Positions 46,419 through 56,641 of a stretch of DNA of 64,000 nt are shown one piece after another. The position numbers were made by a program, and so were the translations under genes. Source of the stretch: an uncultured Chloroflexia bacterium (GTDB taxonomy: Bacteria > Chloroflexota > Limnocylindria > Limnocylindrales > CSP1-4); NCBI GenBank assembly GCA_963767165.1, contig CAVYCV010000005.1, positions 111,178-175,177 on the forward strand. The letters run 5' to 3'. How positions within the stretch are numbered: the stretch's first letter is position 1; every line of letters begins with the position of its first letter. The notes beneath the pieces were generated by a model. The model was not told where the DNA came from, did not search any database, and saw only the letters and a program-made list of their open reading frames with translations.

Positions 46419-47599
46419 GCCAGGACGCCCTGCCCCAGTGGGTCGGAGGCGACGGCCGCGGACCCCAGCCGCATCGAGGCGACGACACGCGGCACGATCT
46501 CGCACGCCGTGGCGATCTCCTCCTCGGTCGTCGTCCGGCCGATCGAGAGACGCAGCGCGCCCCTGGCCTCCTCCTCCGGATAGCCCATCGCGGTCAGGAC
46601 GTGGCTGACCTCGGTGGAGCCCGTCGTGCACGCCGACCCGACCGAGCAGGCGATGCCTTCCAGGTCGAGCGAGAGCGCGACCGACGCGCCGTCGGTATCG
46701 CGGGCGACCATCGAGAAGAGGCCGGGGAGGCGCTGCTTCGGATGTCCGGTCAACTCGGTCCCGGCGACGGCGAGGACCGCCTTCGACAGCCGCTCGCGGA
46801 GGCGCCGGAGCCGGGCCACGGTCGCGGCGCGTTCGGCACACGACAGCTCGTACGCGGCGGCCAGGCCGACCGCGCCCGCGACGTTCTCGGTGCCGGCCCG
46901 GCGATGGCGCTCCTGGGTGCCGCCCTGCTGCTGGGCGAGGATGTGCGTCCCGTGCCGCACGTACAGCGCGCCGACCCCCTTCGGGCCCTCGAACTTGTGC
47001 GCGCCGAGCGACACGAGATCGGCCCCGAGGGTGCGCATGTCGAGATCGACATACGGCGCCGCCTGGACGGCATCGACGTGCAGCAGGGTGCCCTTGTGGG
47101 CCTGCACCCGCCGGGCGATCTCGGCGATCGGCTGGATCGTGCCGACCTCGTTGTTGGCCAGCATGACCGTGACGAGGATCGTGCGGTCCGTGAGCGCGGC
47201 CTCGAGCTGGTCGGGATCCACGCGGCCGTACCGGTCGACCGGCAGTTCGACGATCTCGAACCCGAACTTCTCGAGGTATCGCAGCGTGTGACCCACCGCG
47301 TGGTGCTCGATCGAGGACGTCACGATGCGGTGGCCCCGCGCCTTGCCCGCCCACGCGGCGCCCTTGAGCGCGAGGTTGTTGGCCTCGGTGCCGCCCGAGG
47401 TGATGACGACTTCGCGAGCCTCCGCCCCGAGCTTGTCTGCCACCCGCTCGTGGGCGTCATCGAGCGCGGCGCGCGCCGTGCGTCCGAACGAGTGCGCCGA
47501 ACTGGCGTTCCCGAACGACTCGGTCAGGAACGGCAGCATCGCGTCGAGGACCTCGCGACGCAGGGGCGTCGTCGCCGCATGGTCCAGGTAGATCGGCAT
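46415..47599 (-). CDS. Cysteine desulfurase (class I, NifS/IscS family)
   Basis: Intact 394-aa ORF with [54 protein letters not shown] and SVGSACTTG. Confidence 0.9.
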   Translation of the reverse strand: MPIYLDHAATTPLRREVLDAMLPFLTESFGNASSAHSFGRTARAALDDAHERVADKLGAEAREVVITSGGTEANNLALKGAAWAGKARGHRIVTSSIEHHAVGHTLRYLEKFGFEIVELPVDRYGRVDPDQLEAALTDRTILVTVMLANNEVGTIQPIAEIARRVQAHKGTLLHVDAVQAAPYVDLDMRTLGADLVSLGAHKFEGPKGVGALYVRHGTHILAQQQGGTQERHRRAGTENVAGAVGLAAAYELSCAERAATVARLRRLRERLSKAVLAVAGTELTGHPKQRLPGLFSMVARDTDGASVALSLDLEGIACSVGSACTTGSTEVSHVLTAMGYPEEEARGALRLSIGRTTTEEEIATACEIVPRVVASMRLGSAAVASDPLGQGVLA

Positions 47600-47739
47600 C
47601 GCGCCGATCGTACACCGCCGGGTGGCCGGCGGCCTCCGGATCGGCGATCGCCGGCCGTGGAGCCCCTCGCGCGGGTCGACGTTCGTCCATGGCGGGACTC
47701 GACGCCCATCGGTGGTTCCGGGCGGCCGCCGACACGACC

Positions 47740-47913
47740 ATGGCGGTATCGCCCTCGCACAGGAGTCAGACCGTCGTGTTCCCCCTCGTCCAGCTCGTGA
47801 TCGTGGCCGTTCCGGTCGTCCTCGCCCTTCTCGTCGTCGACGCGTTGCGCGCCGCGAAGCACATGGGTGGCCTGCCGCCCTTCACCTCCACCTACCGCGC
47901 CTACGGCGCCTAA
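47740..47913 (+). CDS. Small single-TM protein (57 aa), first of a three-gene mini-operon
   Basis: MAVSPSHRSQTVVFPLVQLVIVAVPVVLALLVVDALRAAKHMGG.... Its TAA stop is embedded in the TAAGGAGA Shine-Dalgarno (SD) sequence of the next gene. The start is uncertain (ATG at 47689 is an alternative). Confidence 0.35.
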   Translation: MAVSPSHRSQTVVFPLVQLVIVAVPVVLALLVVDALRAAKHMGGLPPFTSTYRAYGA

Positions 47914-47924
47914 GGAGACCGATC

Positions 47925-48134
47925 ATGCCCGACATCCTCACCATCGCCTTCGTCTTCGCCGGCATCGCCTTCATCCTCGTCGTCGGCGCCAAGCTCGGCG
48001 CGGGCTCGACCGACTCGGTCGCCGGCCTGTTCCGGCTCGAGGACATGCCGCCTCGGCCGCGTGGCGTCCAGGAGGACGACCTGCCCCGGTTCGTCTTCCG
48101 CGACTCGAAGGACTTCGCGTCCGGCGCCGTCTGA
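47925..48134 (+). CDS. Small single-TM protein (69 aa), paralog 1
   Basis: AAGGAGA then ATG at 47925: MPDILTIAFVFAGIAFILVVGAKLGAGSTDSVAGLFRLEDMPPRPRGVQEDDLPRFVFRDSKDFASGAV. Confidence 0.55.
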   Translation: MPDILTIAFVFAGIAFILVVGAKLGAGSTDSVAGLFRLEDMPPRPRGVQEDDLPRFVFRDSKDFASGAV

Positions 48135-48143
48135 CCCGTCCCG

Positions 48144-48169
48144 CTCCCGCGACTGGACAGTCGCGGGAG
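48144..48169 (+). promoter_or_regulatory. Perfect 11-bp stem hairpin whose 3' arm contains the SD of the next gene
   Basis: CTCCCGCGACT-GGAC-AGTCGCGGGAG. GGGAGA (48165-48170) precedes the GTG at 48179. No U-tract follows. Confidence 0.45.
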
Positions 48170-48178
48170 AATCGGGGC

Positions 48179-48457
48179 GTGGCGGACGACCTCACGCTCA
48201 TCTCGGCGATCATCGGCTTCGGCCTCGTCATCGCCGCGGGCGCCAGGCTCGGTGCCGGATCGCAGGCGTTGAGCGGCCTGTTCGCCGCGCAGGGCGCGCG
48301 CGACTGGCCCACAGGCGTCCAGGAGCCCGATGCTCCCCACTTCACCTTGGTCCACCCGACAGGTGACGCGCCCGGCGCGTCGAACCCCTGTGATGACCCC
48401 GTCGATGTCCCGACGTGGGCGCGGATCGAGGACCTCTACGCGGGACCGCTCCGCTAG
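48179..48457 (+). CDS. Small single-TM protein (92 aa), paralog 2
   Basis: VADDLTLISAIIGFGLVIAAGARLGAGSQALSGLFAAQGARDWPTGVQEPDAPHFTL.... It aligns with paralog 1 over the TM segment, the G-A-[KR]-L-G-A-G-S motif and the GVQE-x-D-x-P-x-F motif. Confidence 0.55.
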   Translation: MADDLTLISAIIGFGLVIAAGARLGAGSQALSGLFAAQGARDWPTGVQEPDAPHFTLVHPTGDAPGASNPCDDPVDVPTWARIEDLYAGPLR

Positions 48458-49953
48458 CCTGAGTCCCCCAGATCCGTCCGGACGATCGAGCATTCCATCG
48501 GCACGGTGGGCGCGGCACCGAGCGCCCGGCTCGACGCGCTCCACCGGACAGCCGTCCCCGTGATCACGTTCCGCTCCGGTGAGACGCGCGCAACCGCGAG
48601 CGTCACGTCACCGCCCAGGTCGGCGTCGGTGAAGGCGCCGTCGATACCGGCCTCGTCCGCGGGCTCTGGCGGGTCGTCGGGCGGCGGCTCGGCCCCGAAG
48701 TCGGCATGGAGCAGGCCCATCGCTGCGCCACGAGTCACCGCCCGCGTCGGACAGAACGTCGTCGCAGTGCAGCCGGCCATGATCCCAGCCTCCGCGGCGG
48801 CATTGATGGCCGCCTCATGGCTGTCGGTCTCGTCGTCGGTGAAGTGGTCGGTGTCGGTCGGGGGCGCGGCGAGCGCGCGCACGAGGATGGTCGCCATCGC
48901 TCCGCGGCTCACCTTGCCGCTCGGGCAGAACTTGCCCGCACCGCAGCCTAGGAACAGGCCGGCCGCCGCGACGCGGTTGATGTCGGCTTCACGGGCGTTG
49001 GCGTCGTCGTCGCTGAAGTAGTCCGTGTCGGTCGCCGGCAGGTGCATGGCCCGGGCCAGGTACGACGCGAGCTGCGCCCGGCTGATCGGGTCGTACGTGC
49101 AGAACATGTCCGCATCGCAATTGCCCGCGATCCGTTGCTCGGCGGCCCAGTCGATGTCCGCGGCGTACGGCGTCGAATCATGGTCGTTGAGGCACTTCGA
49201 CCCGGTCGAGACCACCTTCACCTTGCTGCCCGTGCCCTTGAACGAGACCTTGGCCCAGGTGCAGTTGTTCGTCTCGTTGGACTCAAGGAACCTGCCATAG
49301 AGGTCGACCGACGCCCGGATCGTGTACGTCCCCCCCGGCAGCCCGGTGATGTCGATCCACTGGTAGGCGAAGTTCGCCGGATAGAGGTCGCCCCAGCCCA
49401 CCGAGATGCCGTTGGTCGTGTGGAGCGAGCCGCGCTTGCCGCAGCCGGACTCCTTGTATTTCCGGAACTTGGGGGCGCCCGGCAGCGTGGTGTCGCGGCG
49501 GTTCGTGTCGAAGAAGCAGAAGCCGATCTTCGCGTCGCGACTCGTGCCGTGTGTCGACCACAGGTGGTACGAGAGCATCCGCCGGACGTGCCAGTGGTTG
49601 TGCCCGTCGCCGGCGTACTTCATCGTCGCGGTCGTGGGGATCCGGCGCTTGGTGCCGCCGGTCCGGTAGACGATCTGGTCGACGATCCAGGGCTTCTTGG
49701 TCGATGCCCGCCGGCCGCGGATCTCGAACGGACCCCTGCCGACGTTGAGCATCATCCCGCTGAACCGCAGGAGGCGCCGGCCACTGGCCGTCCGCTGGAT
49801 GCTGAAGCTCCCCATCTTGGCGACCTTCAGGTCGGGCAGCTTGTCCGTGGCGGCGAGCGCTGGGGCGGCCGGAAGCACCCCAAAGAGGATGTCCAGGGTG
49901 CCTACCAAGACGACAAGTCGGAGGCCTGTTCGGTGGCGAGGAGTTCGCGCCAT
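48454..49953 (-). CDS. Secreted lysyl-oxidase-family (LOX catalytic domain) protein with three SLH-like C-terminal repeats
   Basis: ORF 48454..50067 trimmed to MARTPRHRTGLRLVVLVGTLDILFGVLPAAPALAA. Has GDGHNHWHVRRM (His cluster) and YPANFAYQWIDITGLPGGTYTIRASVDLYGRFLESNETNNC (compare metazoan LOX CQWIDITDV...NN). Repeats: FCTYDPISRAQLASYLARA, FCPSGKVSRGAMATILVRA, FCPTRAVTRGAAMGLL. Confidence 0.8.
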   Translation of the reverse strand: MARTPRHRTGLRLVVLVGTLDILFGVLPAAPALAATDKLPDLKVAKMGSFSIQRTASGRRLLRFSGMMLNVGRGPFEIRGRRASTKKPWIVDQIVYRTGGTKRRIPTTATMKYAGDGHNHWHVRRMLSYHLWSTHGTSRDAKIGFCFFDTNRRDTTLPGAPKFRKYKESGCGKRGSLHTTNGISVGWGDLYPANFAYQWIDITGLPGGTYTIRASVDLYGRFLESNETNNCTWAKVSFKGTGSKVKVVSTGSKCLNDHDSTPYAADIDWAAEQRIAGNCDADMFCTYDPISRAQLASYLARAMHLPATDTDYFSDDDANAREADINRVAAAGLFLGCGAGKFCPSGKVSRGAMATILVRALAAPPTDTDHFTDDETDSHEAAINAAAEAGIMAGCTATTFCPTRAVTRGAAMGLLHADFGAEPPPDDPPEPADEAGIDGAFTDADLGGDVTLAVARVSPERNVITGTAVRWSASSRALGAAPTVPMECSIVRTDLGDSG

Positions 49954-49987
49954 CGCCGCGAACGGTACACGGGACCGAGTGCACGCG

Positions 49988-51937
49988 TCAGGGCGCGTGC
50001 TCGTCGCCCTCGCGATCCGCGGAGCGCCGCAGGTCCTCCGCCCGTCCGATCTCGCGCCGCCGGTCATGCTGCGAGAGTGCCCGCTTGCGCAGCCGGATCG
50101 ACTGTGGCGTGACCTCCACGAGCTCGTCGCCGGCGATGAACTCGAGCGCGGATTCGAGCGTGAGCGGTCGCGGCGGCGTCAGGCGGAGCGATTCGTCGTG
50201 GCTGTGGGTTCGGATGTTGGTGAGCTTCTTCTCCTTCGTCGGGTTGACGTCCATGTCGCCCGAGCGGCTGTTCTCCCCGACGATCATCCCCTCGTAGACC
50301 TCGACGCCCGCGCCGATGAACAGCTCCGCCCGCTGTTCGAGGTTGAAGAGGCCGTAGGCGTTGGAGATGCCCGCGCGGTCGCTGACGAGGACCCCGTTCG
50401 TGCGGTGGGTCACCTCGCCGGCCCACGGACCGTAGCCCTCGCCGATCTGGTGCAGCAGGGCCGTGCCGCGGGTCTCGGTCAGCAGCTGGCCGCGATAGCC
50501 GATCAGGCCCCGGACCGGCAGGACGAACTCCATGCGGACACGGCCGTCGGTATCGGTGGTCATCTGGTCAAGGCGGCCCTTGCGGCCGGCCATCGCGCTC
50601 TGGATCTCCCCGATGTAGTCGGGCGGGATGTCGATGGTGATCCGCTCGTACGGCTCGAGGACCTCGCCGCGGACCTCACGCAGCAGGACCTCGGGGCGTG
50701 ACGCGGTCAGCTCGAATCCCTCGCGGCGCATCTGCTCGATGAGGACGGCCAGCTGGAGCTCGCCACGTCCGCGGACCTCGAACGCCTCGCTCGATTCGGC
50801 CGCCCGGACCTCGATGGACACGTTGCCCAGCACCTCCTTCTCGAGCCGGGCCAGGATCTGGCGGCTGGTGACGTACCTGCCCTCGCGACCGGCGAGGGGC
50901 GAGGTGTTGACACCGAACGTCATGCGCAGCGTCGGGGCGTCGACGTCCAGGCGCGCCAGCGGCCGGGGGTCGGCCGGGTCGGTGAGCGTGTCGCCGATCG
51001 TGACCTCAGGCAGTCCCGCGACGCTCACGATGTCGCCCGGCCCCGCCTCCTCGATGTCGACGCGCTCGATGCCGTGCGCGGTCTGGAGGCTCGTCACGGT
51101 GCCGCTGATCGTCACCGTCCGGCCGGGCTCGACGACGCCCGCCGTGTCGGCGGCCTCCTCGCGCACGACGACGATCCGCTGCCCGGTCCGGAGCGTCCCG
51201 TTCCAGATCCGCCCGACGGCCATCCGCCCGACGTACTCGTTGGCCGACAGGTTCGTGACCAACAACTGGAGGGGGTGTCCGGGCGTGTAGACCGGCGCCG
51301 GCGTGACCTCCACGAGGAGGTCTAGGAGCGGTCGGAGATCCGTCCCGGGGACGGCCAGGTCGCGGGTCGCCGTCCCGGCTTTCGCGTTCGTGTACACGAT
51401 CGGGAACTCGATCTGGTGCTCGTTCGCGCCGAGGTCCAGGAAGAGCTCGTAGACGTCGTCGAGCACGACCTCCGCCCGGGCGTCGCCGCGGTCGATCTTG
51501 TTGATCGCCAGCACGACCGGCAGGTGGCGGGCCATCGCCTTCTGGAGGACGTAGCGGGTCTGCGGCAACGGTCCCTCGGCGGCATCGACGAGGAGCAGGA
51601 CCGAGTCCACCATCAGCAGCGAGCGCTCGACCTCGCCGCCGAAGTCGGCGTGACCGGGCGTGTCGACGATGTTGAGCCGGATGCCGGCGTGATCGACGGT
51701 CGTCTGCTTGGCGAGGATGGTGATGCCCTTCTCGCGCTCGAGGTCGCCCGAATCCATGACCCGGTCGACGACCGCCTGGTTGGCGCGGAAGGCGCCGGTC
51801 TGGCGGAGCATGGCGTCGACGAGCGTGGTCTTGCCGTGGTCCACGTGGGCGACGATGGCCACGTTGCGCAGATCGGCGCGGATGGCGGTCGGGTCGAGGG
51901 CGGGCACGGCGGGGCTGGAGGCGGCGGAGTCGGTCAT
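49988..51937 (-). CDS. typA: Translational GTPase TypA/BipA
   Basis: ORF 49988..52003 trimmed to MTDSAASS...: [22 protein letters not shown]...[14 protein letters not shown]...NKIDR. Confidence 0.9.
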   Translation of the reverse strand: MTDSAASSPAVPALDPTAIRADLRNVAIVAHVDHGKTTLVDAMLRQTGAFRANQAVVDRVMDSGDLEREKGITILAKQTTVDHAGIRLNIVDTPGHADFGGEVERSLLMVDSVLLLVDAAEGPLPQTRYVLQKAMARHLPVVLAINKIDRGDARAEVVLDDVYELFLDLGANEHQIEFPIVYTNAKAGTATRDLAVPGTDLRPLLDLLVEVTPAPVYTPGHPLQLLVTNLSANEYVGRMAVGRIWNGTLRTGQRIVVVREEAADTAGVVEPGRTVTISGTVTSLQTAHGIERVDIEEAGPGDIVSVAGLPEVTIGDTLTDPADPRPLARLDVDAPTLRMTFGVNTSPLAGREGRYVTSRQILARLEKEVLGNVSIEVRAAESSEAFEVRGRGELQLAVLIEQMRREGFELTASRPEVLLREVRGEVLEPYERITIDIPPDYIGEIQSAMAGRKGRLDQMTTDTDGRVRMEFVLPVRGLIGYRGQLLTETRGTALLHQIGEGYGPWAGEVTHRTNGVLVSDRAGISNAYGLFNLEQRAELFIGAGVEVYEGMIVGENSRSGDMDVNPTKEKKLTNIRTHSHDESLRLTPPRPLTLESALEFIAGDELVEVTPQSIRLRKRALSQHDRRREIGRAEDLRRSADREGDEHAP

Positions 51938-52012
51938 GGGCGCGGCGCAGTGTCGCACATCGGTCGTTCCCGCGCCGCCGTGCCCGCGGTCGCCTGCTAG
52001 CATCGGGCGACG

Positions 52013-52675
52013 ATGACCGTGGCCGCCGTGATCCTGTCTGCGACCGCCGATGGCGCGCTCGCCGAGACCCTCGGGCAGGCTCGCGTCCGCCGCCTGGCGG
52101 ACCTCGCGTGGTCCGGCGGCGCGCTGCCGATCGTCGTGCTGTCACCCGATCCTGACGGCGCGGTCGCGGCCAGCCTGGCCGGGAGCGAGGCGACGCACGG
52201 GCTGCCGGCCACGCCGGAGACCGGACCGGTCGGCCAGATGGCCCGCGGCATCGAGCTCGCCGAGGCGGCGGTGCACGACCTCACGGGGGCGCTGCTCTGG
52301 CCGGCCCGTATGGTCTGGGTGGGGCCCGAGACGATCACCTCGCTCATCGAAGCGCACGGGACCGCTCGCGGCACGATGCTGCGACCCGCCTGGCATGGCG
52401 AGCCCGGCTGGCCGGTCCTGCTCCCGCTGGCCCACCTCGAGGCGCTCCGCTCGGTCGCCGCGGACGTGATGCCGCCCGACGTCGTCGAGCGTCTGGCCCA
52501 CATGGTGCCGACCCGCATGGTCGAGGTCGGCGACCCGGGCGTCACGCACGACGTCGACACCGAGCCCGGCGCGCTCCCCGACTACGAGGGCCCGCCGGAC
52601 CCGCCGGCAGGCCACACCCACGAGTGGGGCGACGACGTCATCTCCGAGGCCGGACTGCCGAACCCCGACGGCTGA
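52013..52675 (+). CDS. MobA/MocA-like (NTP_transf_3) nucleotidyltransferase-fold protein, divergent
   Basis: Intact 220-aa ORF: [12 protein letters not shown]...[12 protein letters not shown]...[13 protein letters not shown]...[15 protein letters not shown].... The canonical GxG/K motif is not obvious. Confidence 0.4.
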   Translation: MTVAAVILSATADGALAETLGQARVRRLADLAWSGGALPIVVLSPDPDGAVAASLAGSEATHGLPATPETGPVGQMARGIELAEAAVHDLTGALLWPARMVWVGPETITSLIEAHGTARGTMLRPAWHGEPGWPVLLPLAHLEALRSVAADVMPPDVVERLAHMVPTRMVEVGDPGVTHDVDTEPGALPDYEGPPDPPAGHTHEWGDDVISEAGLPNPDG

Positions 52676-52697
52676 CGCGCGGGGACGCCCGCCGTGC

Positions 52698-53621
52698 CTA
52701 GCCTGCCGGCGCGAACGTCTCGCGGAGGTCGTCGCGCACCCGGCCGACCGCGCCGGTCGCGAGGGCCAGCCCGACGACCACCAGCACGACACCCGTGATC
52801 TGGCCCGGTGACGGCGCCTCGCCGAGCAGCAACGCGGCGAACAGCACGGTCATCACGGGCTGGGTCAGCAGGATCGCCGACGTCAGCACGGCCGGAAGCC
52901 GCGGCAGCGAGACCTGGATCAGGATGTAGCCGATCGACTGGCTCGTGACGCCGAGCGCCAACAGGTACGCGTGGGACGGCAGCGACGGCACCGGGTCGAA
53001 GTCGCCGACGATCGTGCCGAAGACCGCTGCGACGAGCGCGCAGACGGCCGTCGCGACCGTCACCGGACCGGCCGCCCGCCGGTCCGGGGTCGCCCGCCGG
53101 ATGACGAGGAGATAGCCCGCGTACGACGCCGCGGTGATCAGGCCGACCGCGACGCCTAGCGGAGCGTTCGTGCCGTACGCGTCCCCGCCGATCAGCCCGG
53201 AGATCAGGACGACCCCGAACAGCATGATCGGCAGCGCGACGACGACGTTCCGCTGCGGCCGCTCGCCCCACAGCACCCACGCCGCGAGCGCGACGATCAC
53301 GACCTGGAGGTTGCCCATCATCGTGGCCAGCCCAGCCCCGATGTTGTCGACGACGTAGTGGAACGTCAGCAGGTCCGCCGCGAAGAACACGCCGGCGAAT
53401 GCCGAGAGCCGAACCGCGCGCGGGCTCATCGGCCCCAGGTCGCGCCGCTCGACCCAGGCGGCGAGCGCCAGGAGGGGCAGGCCGTACAGGCAGCGGAACA
53501 CGACGCCGGTCGAGGGGCTGACCTCCGACCATCGGTAGAAGATCCCCGAGAACGTGATGCAGAGAGCGCCGGCCAGGGCCGCGAACCGCGGGTGACCGGC
53601 GACCGCGCGAAGCGGGTTCAC
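52698..53621 (-). CDS. EamA/DMT family transporter
   Basis: C-terminal 307 aa of ORF 52698..54188. About ten hydrophobic helices, two EamA-like halves, and a GTG start at 53621. Confidence 0.7.
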   Translation of the reverse strand: MNPLRAVAGHPRFAALAGALCITFSGIFYRWSEVSPSTGVVFRCLYGLPLLALAAWVERRDLGPMSPRAVRLSAFAGVFFAADLLTFHYVVDNIGAGLATMMGNLQVVIVALAAWVLWGERPQRNVVVALPIMLFGVVLISGLIGGDAYGTNAPLGVAVGLITAASYAGYLLVIRRATPDRRAAGPVTVATAVCALVAAVFGTIVGDFDPVPSLPSHAYLLALGVTSQSIGYILIQVSLPRLPAVLTSAILLTQPVMTVLFAALLLGEAPSPGQITGVVLVVVGLALATGAVGRVRDDLRETFAPAG

Positions 53622-53665
53622 GCCTCGATGCTGCCGCCCGGGTCCTTCATCCGCGGATCGACCGC

Positions 53666-55555
53666 TCAGGCGTCGGGTGCCTCGTCGGCGGGCCGGCCCG
53701 GGGCGCCGATGAACCGCAGGCCGAGTTCCTCGAGCTGGCCCGGCACGGGCGCCGACGGGGCCTCGAGCATCGGGTCGTTGCCCGATTGCGTCTTGGGGAA
53801 GGCCATGACCTCGCGGATCGTCGGCTGGTCGGACAGCAACGCCGCCCAGCGATCGATCCCGAGCGCGATGCCGCCGTGCGGCGGGGCCCCGTACTCGAAC
53901 GCCTCGAGCACGGCCCCGAACTTGTCGCGCATGCCCTCGAGCGTCTGGCCCTGCAGCAGGAAGCTCCGTTCGAGCAGGTCCCGCCGATGGATGCGGATGG
54001 ACCCGCCGCCGAGCTCCCAGCCGTTGAGGGCGAGGTCGTACTGCATCGCCCGGGCGCGGCCGGCCGGATCGTCGGGCGACGGCCGCGCCGGATCGCCCGA
54101 CGCGGTCACGAGGAGCGCCTCGTCCTCGGGCAGGACGCCGGAGAACGGGTTGTGGGTCGCGTCCCACCGGCCACCCTCCGGGTCCCATTGGTACATGGGG
54201 AACCGGTGGACCCAGGCGTAGGCGAGGACGTTGGGGTCGGCGAGGCTCAGGCGCTCGCCGAGCTCGACGCGAAGCCGTCCGAGGACGTCGGCGGTCACCG
54301 CAGCGTCGTCGGCCACGATGAGGATGAGGTCGCCCTCCGCGGCGCCGGTCCGCTCGACCAGGGCACGCTGGGTGTCATCGGAGAGGAACTTGGCGATCGG
54401 GCCCTTGAGCTCGCCGCCGGGCTCGAGCGCGAGGTGCACGAGCCCCTTCGCGCCGAACCGCTTGGCGCGCTCGGTCAGCTCGTCGATCTCGCGCCGCGTC
54501 ACGCCGGCCATGCCGGGCGCGACGATGGCCTTGACGCGTCCGCCGGCCGCGAGCGTCTCGTCGAACACGCGGAACCCCGAACCGGGCGCCCCGGCCGCGT
54601 CGACCAGCGCGGGGGCCAGGTCGACGAGCTCCATCCCGAACCGGATGTCCGGCTTGTCCGAGCCGAACCGCTCGAGCGCCTCGTCGTACGTCAGCACCGG
54701 GAACGGGACCTGCTGGATCGGTCGATCCGGCGTGGCCACGGCCGACACCTCGATCGCCATCGCCTCGACGAAGCCCATGACCGTGGCCTCGTCGACGAAG
54801 CTCATCTCCAGGTCGAGCTGCGAGAACTCGGGCTGGCGGTCGCCGCGCGGGTCCTCGTCGCGATAGCACCGGGCGATCTGGTAGTAGCGATCGATCCCGG
54901 CCACCATCAGCAGTTGCTTGAGCTGCTGGGGGCTCTGCGGCAACGCGTAGACGGTCCCCGGCTGGAGCCGCGAGGGCACGATGAAGTCGCGGGCGCCCTC
55001 GGGCGTGCTCTTGATGAGGGTCGGAGTCTCGACGTCGACGAACCCGTTGCGCTCGTGGACGTCCCGGATGGCTCGGACCATCGCCGTCCGCAGGAGCAGG
55101 CGGCGGAGCATCGGCTCGCGGCGGATGTCGAGGTAGCGGTACTTGAGCCGCAGGATCTCGTCGACCGGGGCGTCCGGCTCATTGATGTAGAACGGCGGTG
55201 TCTTCGCCTCGGAGAGGATCTCGACCTCGGTCGCGCGAAGCTCGATCTCGCCGGTCGGCAGCCGCGGGTTCTCCGTCCCGGCCAGGCGCTTCGACACGGC
55301 GCCGCGGACCGTGACGACGAACTCCGGGCGGATCCGGCTGGCCTGCTCGTGCGCGGCGGGGGCCTCGGTCTGGTCGATCACGATCTGGGTCAGGCCGTGA
55401 CGGTCGCGCAGGTCCAGGAAGATCAGCTGGCCGTGGTCGCGTCGACGGTGGATCCAGCCGGCCAGCCGGGCTTCGGAACCTGCGTCGGACGCCCGCAGCT
55501 CCCCGTTCGTGTGGGTCCGGTAGGGCGTGGCGAGGCTGGGGTTGAGGGCGTTCAT
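53666..55555 (-). CDS. aspS: Aspartate--tRNA ligase
   Basis: Intact 629-aa ORF with GWIHRRRDHGQLIFLDLRDRHG, QSPQQLKQLLMVAG, RCYRDEDPRGDRQPEFSQLD and GGGSIRIHRRD...PPHGGIALGIDR. Confidence 0.95.
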   Translation of the reverse strand: MNALNPSLATPYRTHTNGELRASDAGSEARLAGWIHRRRDHGQLIFLDLRDRHGLTQIVIDQTEAPAAHEQASRIRPEFVVTVRGAVSKRLAGTENPRLPTGEIELRATEVEILSEAKTPPFYINEPDAPVDEILRLKYRYLDIRREPMLRRLLLRTAMVRAIRDVHERNGFVDVETPTLIKSTPEGARDFIVPSRLQPGTVYALPQSPQQLKQLLMVAGIDRYYQIARCYRDEDPRGDRQPEFSQLDLEMSFVDEATVMGFVEAMAIEVSAVATPDRPIQQVPFPVLTYDEALERFGSDKPDIRFGMELVDLAPALVDAAGAPGSGFRVFDETLAAGGRVKAIVAPGMAGVTRREIDELTERAKRFGAKGLVHLALEPGGELKGPIAKFLSDDTQRALVERTGAAEGDLILIVADDAAVTADVLGRLRVELGERLSLADPNVLAYAWVHRFPMYQWDPEGGRWDATHNPFSGVLPEDEALLVTASGDPARPSPDDPAGRARAMQYDLALNGWELGGGSIRIHRRDLLERSFLLQGQTLEGMRDKFGAVLEAFEYGAPPHGGIALGIDRWAALLSDQPTIREVMAFPKTQSGNDPMLEAPSAPVPGQLEELGLRFIGAPGRPADEAPDA

Positions 55556-55625
55556 GGCCGCCGTATCGTAGTCGACCGCGACGACCGACCGGGCCCATCG
55601 AAGCGCGCCCTGTTACCGTGGACGC

Positions 55626-55934
55626 GTGCCCGCCCGCCGCCATCTCCGTTTCGCCCTCAAGCAAGTGACCTTCGCGGGCGTGAGCATGCCCGGTGCGACG
55701 CTGGACTGCTGGGACGACGACCGGGGCCGCTCGCAGTGGGCCGCACGGGTCGTGACCCGCTCGGATCCGCCCGAGGACGAGGGTGAGTTCGTCGGCGTCC
55801 TCGCCGACGGACGGGTCGTCACGGGCCACGTGACGGTCGGCGGTCGTCAGATCGGGCCGGGCGGACGGCGCGAGACCCTCGTCGAGTTCCACGGATCGGG
55901 CGATCTGCACGGGCTCGACGACCCGCCCGCCTGA
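55626..55934 (+). CDS. Hypothetical 102-aa protein
   Basis: ORF with non-repetitive sequence: LKQVTFAGVSMPGATLDCWDDDRGRSQWAARVVTRSDPPEDEGEFVGVLADGRVVTGHVTVGG. No family recognised. Confidence 0.35.
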   Translation: MPARRHLRFALKQVTFAGVSMPGATLDCWDDDRGRSQWAARVVTRSDPPEDEGEFVGVLADGRVVTGHVTVGGRQIGPGGRRETLVEFHGSGDLHGLDDPPA

Positions 55935-55944
55935 TCGCGGCTCG

Positions 55945-56245
55945 TCAGTCGCGGCCGCGGAGCAGCGAGACGCGGTAGGGACGAAGCTCGCCGCGAGCGA
56001 AGCCGCCGGCGATCACCGGGTCCTCCTCCATGAATCGCCGCGCCGCGGCCTCGTCGGGCGCCTCGAAGATGCAGAGCCCCGTGTTGTGCACCCCGAGCGT
56101 CGGGCCGACCAGGATGATCGTGCCGTCGGCGAGGGCCTCGCTTGAACCGCTCGAAGTGGATGCCCCAGACCGTGCTCTCCTCCTCGGTCATCGTGGCCGC
56201 GAAGTCCTCGCGCGGCGGGTGGATGAAGTAGATCCATTCGGCCAT
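55945..56245 (-). CDS. YciI-like protein, frameshifted in this sequence
   Basis: MAEWIYFIHPPREDFAATMTEEESTVWGIHFERFKR, then after one extra G (about 56134-56138) ALADGTIILVGPTLGVHNTGLCIFEAPDEAAARRFMEEDPVIAGGFARGELRPYRVSLLRGRD. Length 301 = 3n+1. Confidence 0.6.
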
Positions 56246-56631
56246 CAGGACGCCACCTCCCGATCGTCGGACACGGTCCCCTGGTGGTAGCGCATCCGCC
56301 ACGTCCCGTCACGACGGACCCAGACCGATGCGCGCCGCGCCCGGCGCCGGGTGGGTCCTCGTTCCTCGGTCACGAAGCGCACGAGGGCGACGTCGTCGGC
56401 CAGGCGCTCGACGACGAGGTCCTCCAGTTCGATGGCACTCGGCGGATCCGTGGCGAGCAGCTCGACGACCTCGGCCCGGGACCAGGCACGACCACTCGCC
56501 CCGACCTCGACGAACGCCTCGTCGAGCAGGGTCCCCAGCCCGCCGGGCCAGTCGCGGTCGCGCCGGGCGAGGGCCGTCTCGGCGGCGCCGAGCGCACGGA
56601 TGGTCCCGTCGAGGTCGCCGTCGACCGCCAC
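56245..56631 (-). CDS. SnoaL-like/DUF4440 (NTF2-fold) protein
   Basis: Intact 128-aa ORF: LLDEAFVEVGASGRAWSRAEVVELL...VALVRFVTEE...ASVWVRRDGTWRMRYHQGT. One-base overlap (TGATG) with the next gene. Confidence 0.5.
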   Translation of the reverse strand: MAVDGDLDGTIRALGAAETALARRDRDWPGGLGTLLDEAFVEVGASGRAWSRAEVVELLATDPPSAIELEDLVVERLADDVALVRFVTEERGPTRRRARRASVWVRRDGTWRMRYHQGTVSDDREVAS

Positions 56632-56641
56632 GACCGCTGCC

